From the NCBI RefSeq assembly GCF_009914755.1, contig NC_060927.1: 64,000 nucleotides of DNA; one strand, 5' to 3'. Every line of letters begins with the position of its first letter. The first letter of the stretch is position 1. This document shows positions 60,496 to 64,000 of the stretch, piece after piece. A program made the position numbers and the translations under genes. The notes under the pieces are model-generated. The model was not told the origin of the DNA. It made no database searches and saw only the letters and a program-made list of their open reading frames with translations. Origin of the DNA: the human T2T-CHM13v2.0 reference genome, Homo sapiens.

Positions 60496-63400
60496 TTCTA
60501 AAAAAGAAAGAAAGAAAAGGAAAATATCCCATTGGTAGGAGGTATGTCTCTGCAGTTTCCAAGCCAACTTTGAGACAGTAGCGCCATTATACCTTAAGTC
60601 AGTAATAAAGTCACTTTATTATGCTTTAATTGTCCTAATCGTTACGGGGGATAAAGTTTTTAAATTTACTTTTTAAATGTTTTAGCTTTCTAATTTTATT
60701 TATTTCTTGTATCTTCCATCCTCCCACTGAATTTCTGAAGACTCCTTCTTGCCCTTAAATGTTTTGGATGAAAAAGTGATGTGTTTTGTGATTAAAATCA
60801 AGAACATCCTACCAAGACATTATACATTTTATACACCACTGGAAATTCATGTCATAATGTAATTTCTTCTGTAACTTCAAATAATATTTTTTTTCTGCAA
60901 ATTATCATCAGGAAATCTTTTATAGGGAAAATTATCTGTACTTCCTAAACTAACAAAAAGTAAGTAACACTGAACTCTCTACTAGCAGCTAATATAAAAT
61001 AGCAATTGCTTTTAATAAATCATCCCAAGAAGCTATTGCTGGCCTTAATGGAGAGCTCATTGAAAAACAGTGGACATGATATAATGACAATTGAATTGTT
61101 TCCTTTATTTGGTATATTGGCTAAGCTTTGGTTTTACTACTATTTAGCTCAGATGATATAAATGATCTTTAATCTTAAATTATAAAAATAAAATTAAACT
61201 ATCATTTTCTCAAATGTATATAGTATATAGATAAAACACAAGGTTAGGTACAGTTGATGAAGTAAAGGCTTTGAAACTCTTCAGTGAATATAACAGAAAT
61301 AAACTCTCAGTTGTAAAAGAGCCACAGGTGCTTTGCATTTGTTTTACTCCCTCCTCCATATCCCATTTCTATTCCACATCACTTCTCCCTTCTCATGGAG
61401 ACATTTTATCCTCAATGTTCTGGAGTTTCCATGTTTTTTTCTTTCTTTTTTTGATCCAAACCTTTTCTCAAAACTTGATCATGTTATAAAATCTTCACAA
61501 ATTACTTCTTCAAGAGAGGGCAATATTTATGTCAAAAGTCTGAATTTGTATTTATTATTTTGATAGGAAATATTTATATCAAAAAGTGAGTTATATAGAT
61601 ATTTTAGCTTTAGTGAAAGATGAGGGGAGTCTTTTATTTACTATTAATTTATTATGTGGCTAGAGTATCATGATGTGGGGTGAGAGAAGTTTGGATGTAT
61701 CAAATAGGCAGGTGGACTTTGCTACTATAAATGAAGTCACACAATATAGTTGGTCCTGCACTCTGCCTGTGTGGATGGATAAGAAATATAAAGATGTTCG
61801 TTCCTGAGACCTGAAAATTAGGTATCTTCTGATCCAGAAGTTGACCTAAAGTGTAATTGTTTGTAAAATGAAAGAGTTTAAGCTGCCCTCCTAATTCACA
61901 TTTATTTTCTACAGGTTTTGTGAAGGGAAAAGATGATATGATTCTATTGCACTATATCAATTTTGTAGTACCTTTTATTTATTTATGTTTACTAGGAAAA
62001 AAAAAAAACCCAGGTGACTTCTGAGGCCTTCAGAATCACTGCTCTGAGTTCAACTGACAGACCTCTAGATTACATTTGTATTTTCAAATTAGCCAGCTTT
62101 CTATGATGGTTATCTAAAAATAGAAGGAAGAAAATGAAAACAAAGTTTTTTAAAACTCCCTTGTGATATCAGGTAATAATTTAAAAAGTTTTATTCTCAC
62201 TCTTTCTGGAGTACATTCTAATATGGAATTTGATACCACTTAAAATTGAATTTTTTATGGGAGGGAGAAATAAGATTTCCACATTTCCTTTGATATTTGC
62301 ATATTTTATTTCCTGTTAGATTTGATTATGTTTTTCCTTCCTGTTTCTTGAATATTGATTTTCTGTCTCTATATGGAAGAACAAACACTGAATGTGCACA
62401 AAAGAACACTGCTCTAGGTTCTTGAGAAACATTAATAAATGAAACAAAAATATTCCTCTGCAATGTACATTCTAGAGTTTTTTCTTGAGTATTCTTAGCA
62501 AGCAGAGCTAACATTTATTATTTTAGGAATGCTATTTTCAGAGAACACTGAAATAAATTAGATTTTATTTTAATTGAAAGGGCTCTTTTTATCTGCCTCA
62601 TGTCTGTTAAAATATAATTTTCAGGCAGGTAAAATTGTGACTCTCATAGTAACATGAAATGAACAGTTGTCAAAGATTTTATTTAACCCACTAATTAATG
62701 AGGAATAGAGTAAGATGTTAGGACTAATTCAAATGTGAATTATCAAGATTGATCTTCTGTACAAGATTCATTTGCATTGCCATGAGCAGGAATCATTTCC
62801 AGGAAATATTTGCATTATTTCGGGTTCTCCAGGTTAACTTCTGTCTATCACAGATGGATACCTCTGTAGAATTAGATAATCCCAGAGGAGCAGTTATACA
62901 ATGCTCAGCATTCCATTCAAAGGACACTCAGTGATCTCTTTCTCTCATTTCAAACTCTTGCACAAATTTTCCTGACTTAGCATATTTGCCATTATACTGG
63001 TGCTATTACAATTTTGCTAAGCCTCATTAAAGTATCACACTTGATAATTAGAAAAAAAATTTTATTATGACTTTTAAAAATTGGTTCATCTGAAATTGAA
63101 TTTAACTGAAAGACAAAATAAGTGAATTCTAGAGACAAAGGCTTTGAGAATTACTTACTTTAGACTGCAATTCATTTGTTTAAATTATAGCATCCAGATT
63201 CTCAACCAATTAGTGGAGTGAGACTCCATCTGAAGTAAATGTTGATGCCTGGGAGGTAAAGTTGTTAACTACTCCCCTAAATTATCATAACTTTAGCCAA
63301 TTTGAAAAAATACAACGAAAAAATTTCCTTACTAAATTTTAATCACTCTAAAGTTCAGGGTATTATATCAAAAAGTAATCATAACCACTTATCTCTTATT

Positions 63401-64000
63401 TTGCCTCACTGATTTTTCCCTATTTATTTTTACAGGTCAATAACTAGAGCATGCAAAATAATTCTTCAATTTCCTGTGTGTGCTTTTCTCGTGAAACCAA
63501 GTAGTTTAAGTACTATGAAAGTAGCTATATTTTGAATTTTATATTTACTGCTTAAAAGAGTAGATGTAAATACTTTTTAAAAGCAGATTTCTTTCTAACA
63601 GTTGCTTTTGTTTTTCTTGGTAACTCTTGAATATTGTCAATCCTATGTCAACATTTAAGTTTAAAAAAAGCTCTTCTTAGATTTTAGTTTTCTGTTACAA
63701 TTATTTTATTCCTATTTTAGACATGACTGTAATCTGTAGTTTTGCACAATTTCATGACCTATTTTTGTTTATATTTTTCTGTATTATCCGGTGAATACAT
63801 CAGTTTGAAGAGATAAACTTTCATCCTGTCATGAGTAATACCTACTCAAAAACGTAGCAGTATCACGTTACCCATATCTCCCCACATCAAGTTCAGTGCA
63901 GACCCAGTAATTTCTTTCTCCCTACAACAAAATGGAGTTAATCCATCTTGTCCACTAACACAAAGTACATGAAATATTTCACAGGCAATTAAAGTGACAG

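Noticed and set aside
62575-62745. Segment that looks like an interspersed repeat
   Set aside because: Could not assign a family or boundaries from the sequence alone

Overview
AT-rich, CpG-poor primate (human-like) genomic DNA with no recognisable protein-coding exon, RNA gene or CpG-island promoter; it reads as intergenic or deep-intronic sequence. About half is transposable-element debris: roughly 14 Alu insertions (J/S/Y, several nested, split or rearranged), old and younger LINE-1 pieces, solo LTRs (MER21, MST, MLT1, three MLT2A/HERV-L, MER34-like, LTR33-like, MER52), MIR/L2/CR1 and hAT fossils. A nested L1 complex of about 11.4 kb spans ~48.8-60.2 kb. Most ORFs in the track are repeat-derived or low-complexity, and none of the rest resembles a protein I recognise. 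The most notable non-repeat signals lie in a repeat-poor block at ~8.1-17.9 kb: a 35-bp inverted repeat with a perfect 18-bp core about 1 kb apart, a palindromic SOXE-type dimer site, a near-perfect MARE and two well-formed non-coding exon candidates. Subfamily names come from recalled consensus sequences, and repeat boundaries are approximate unless a TSD is cited.
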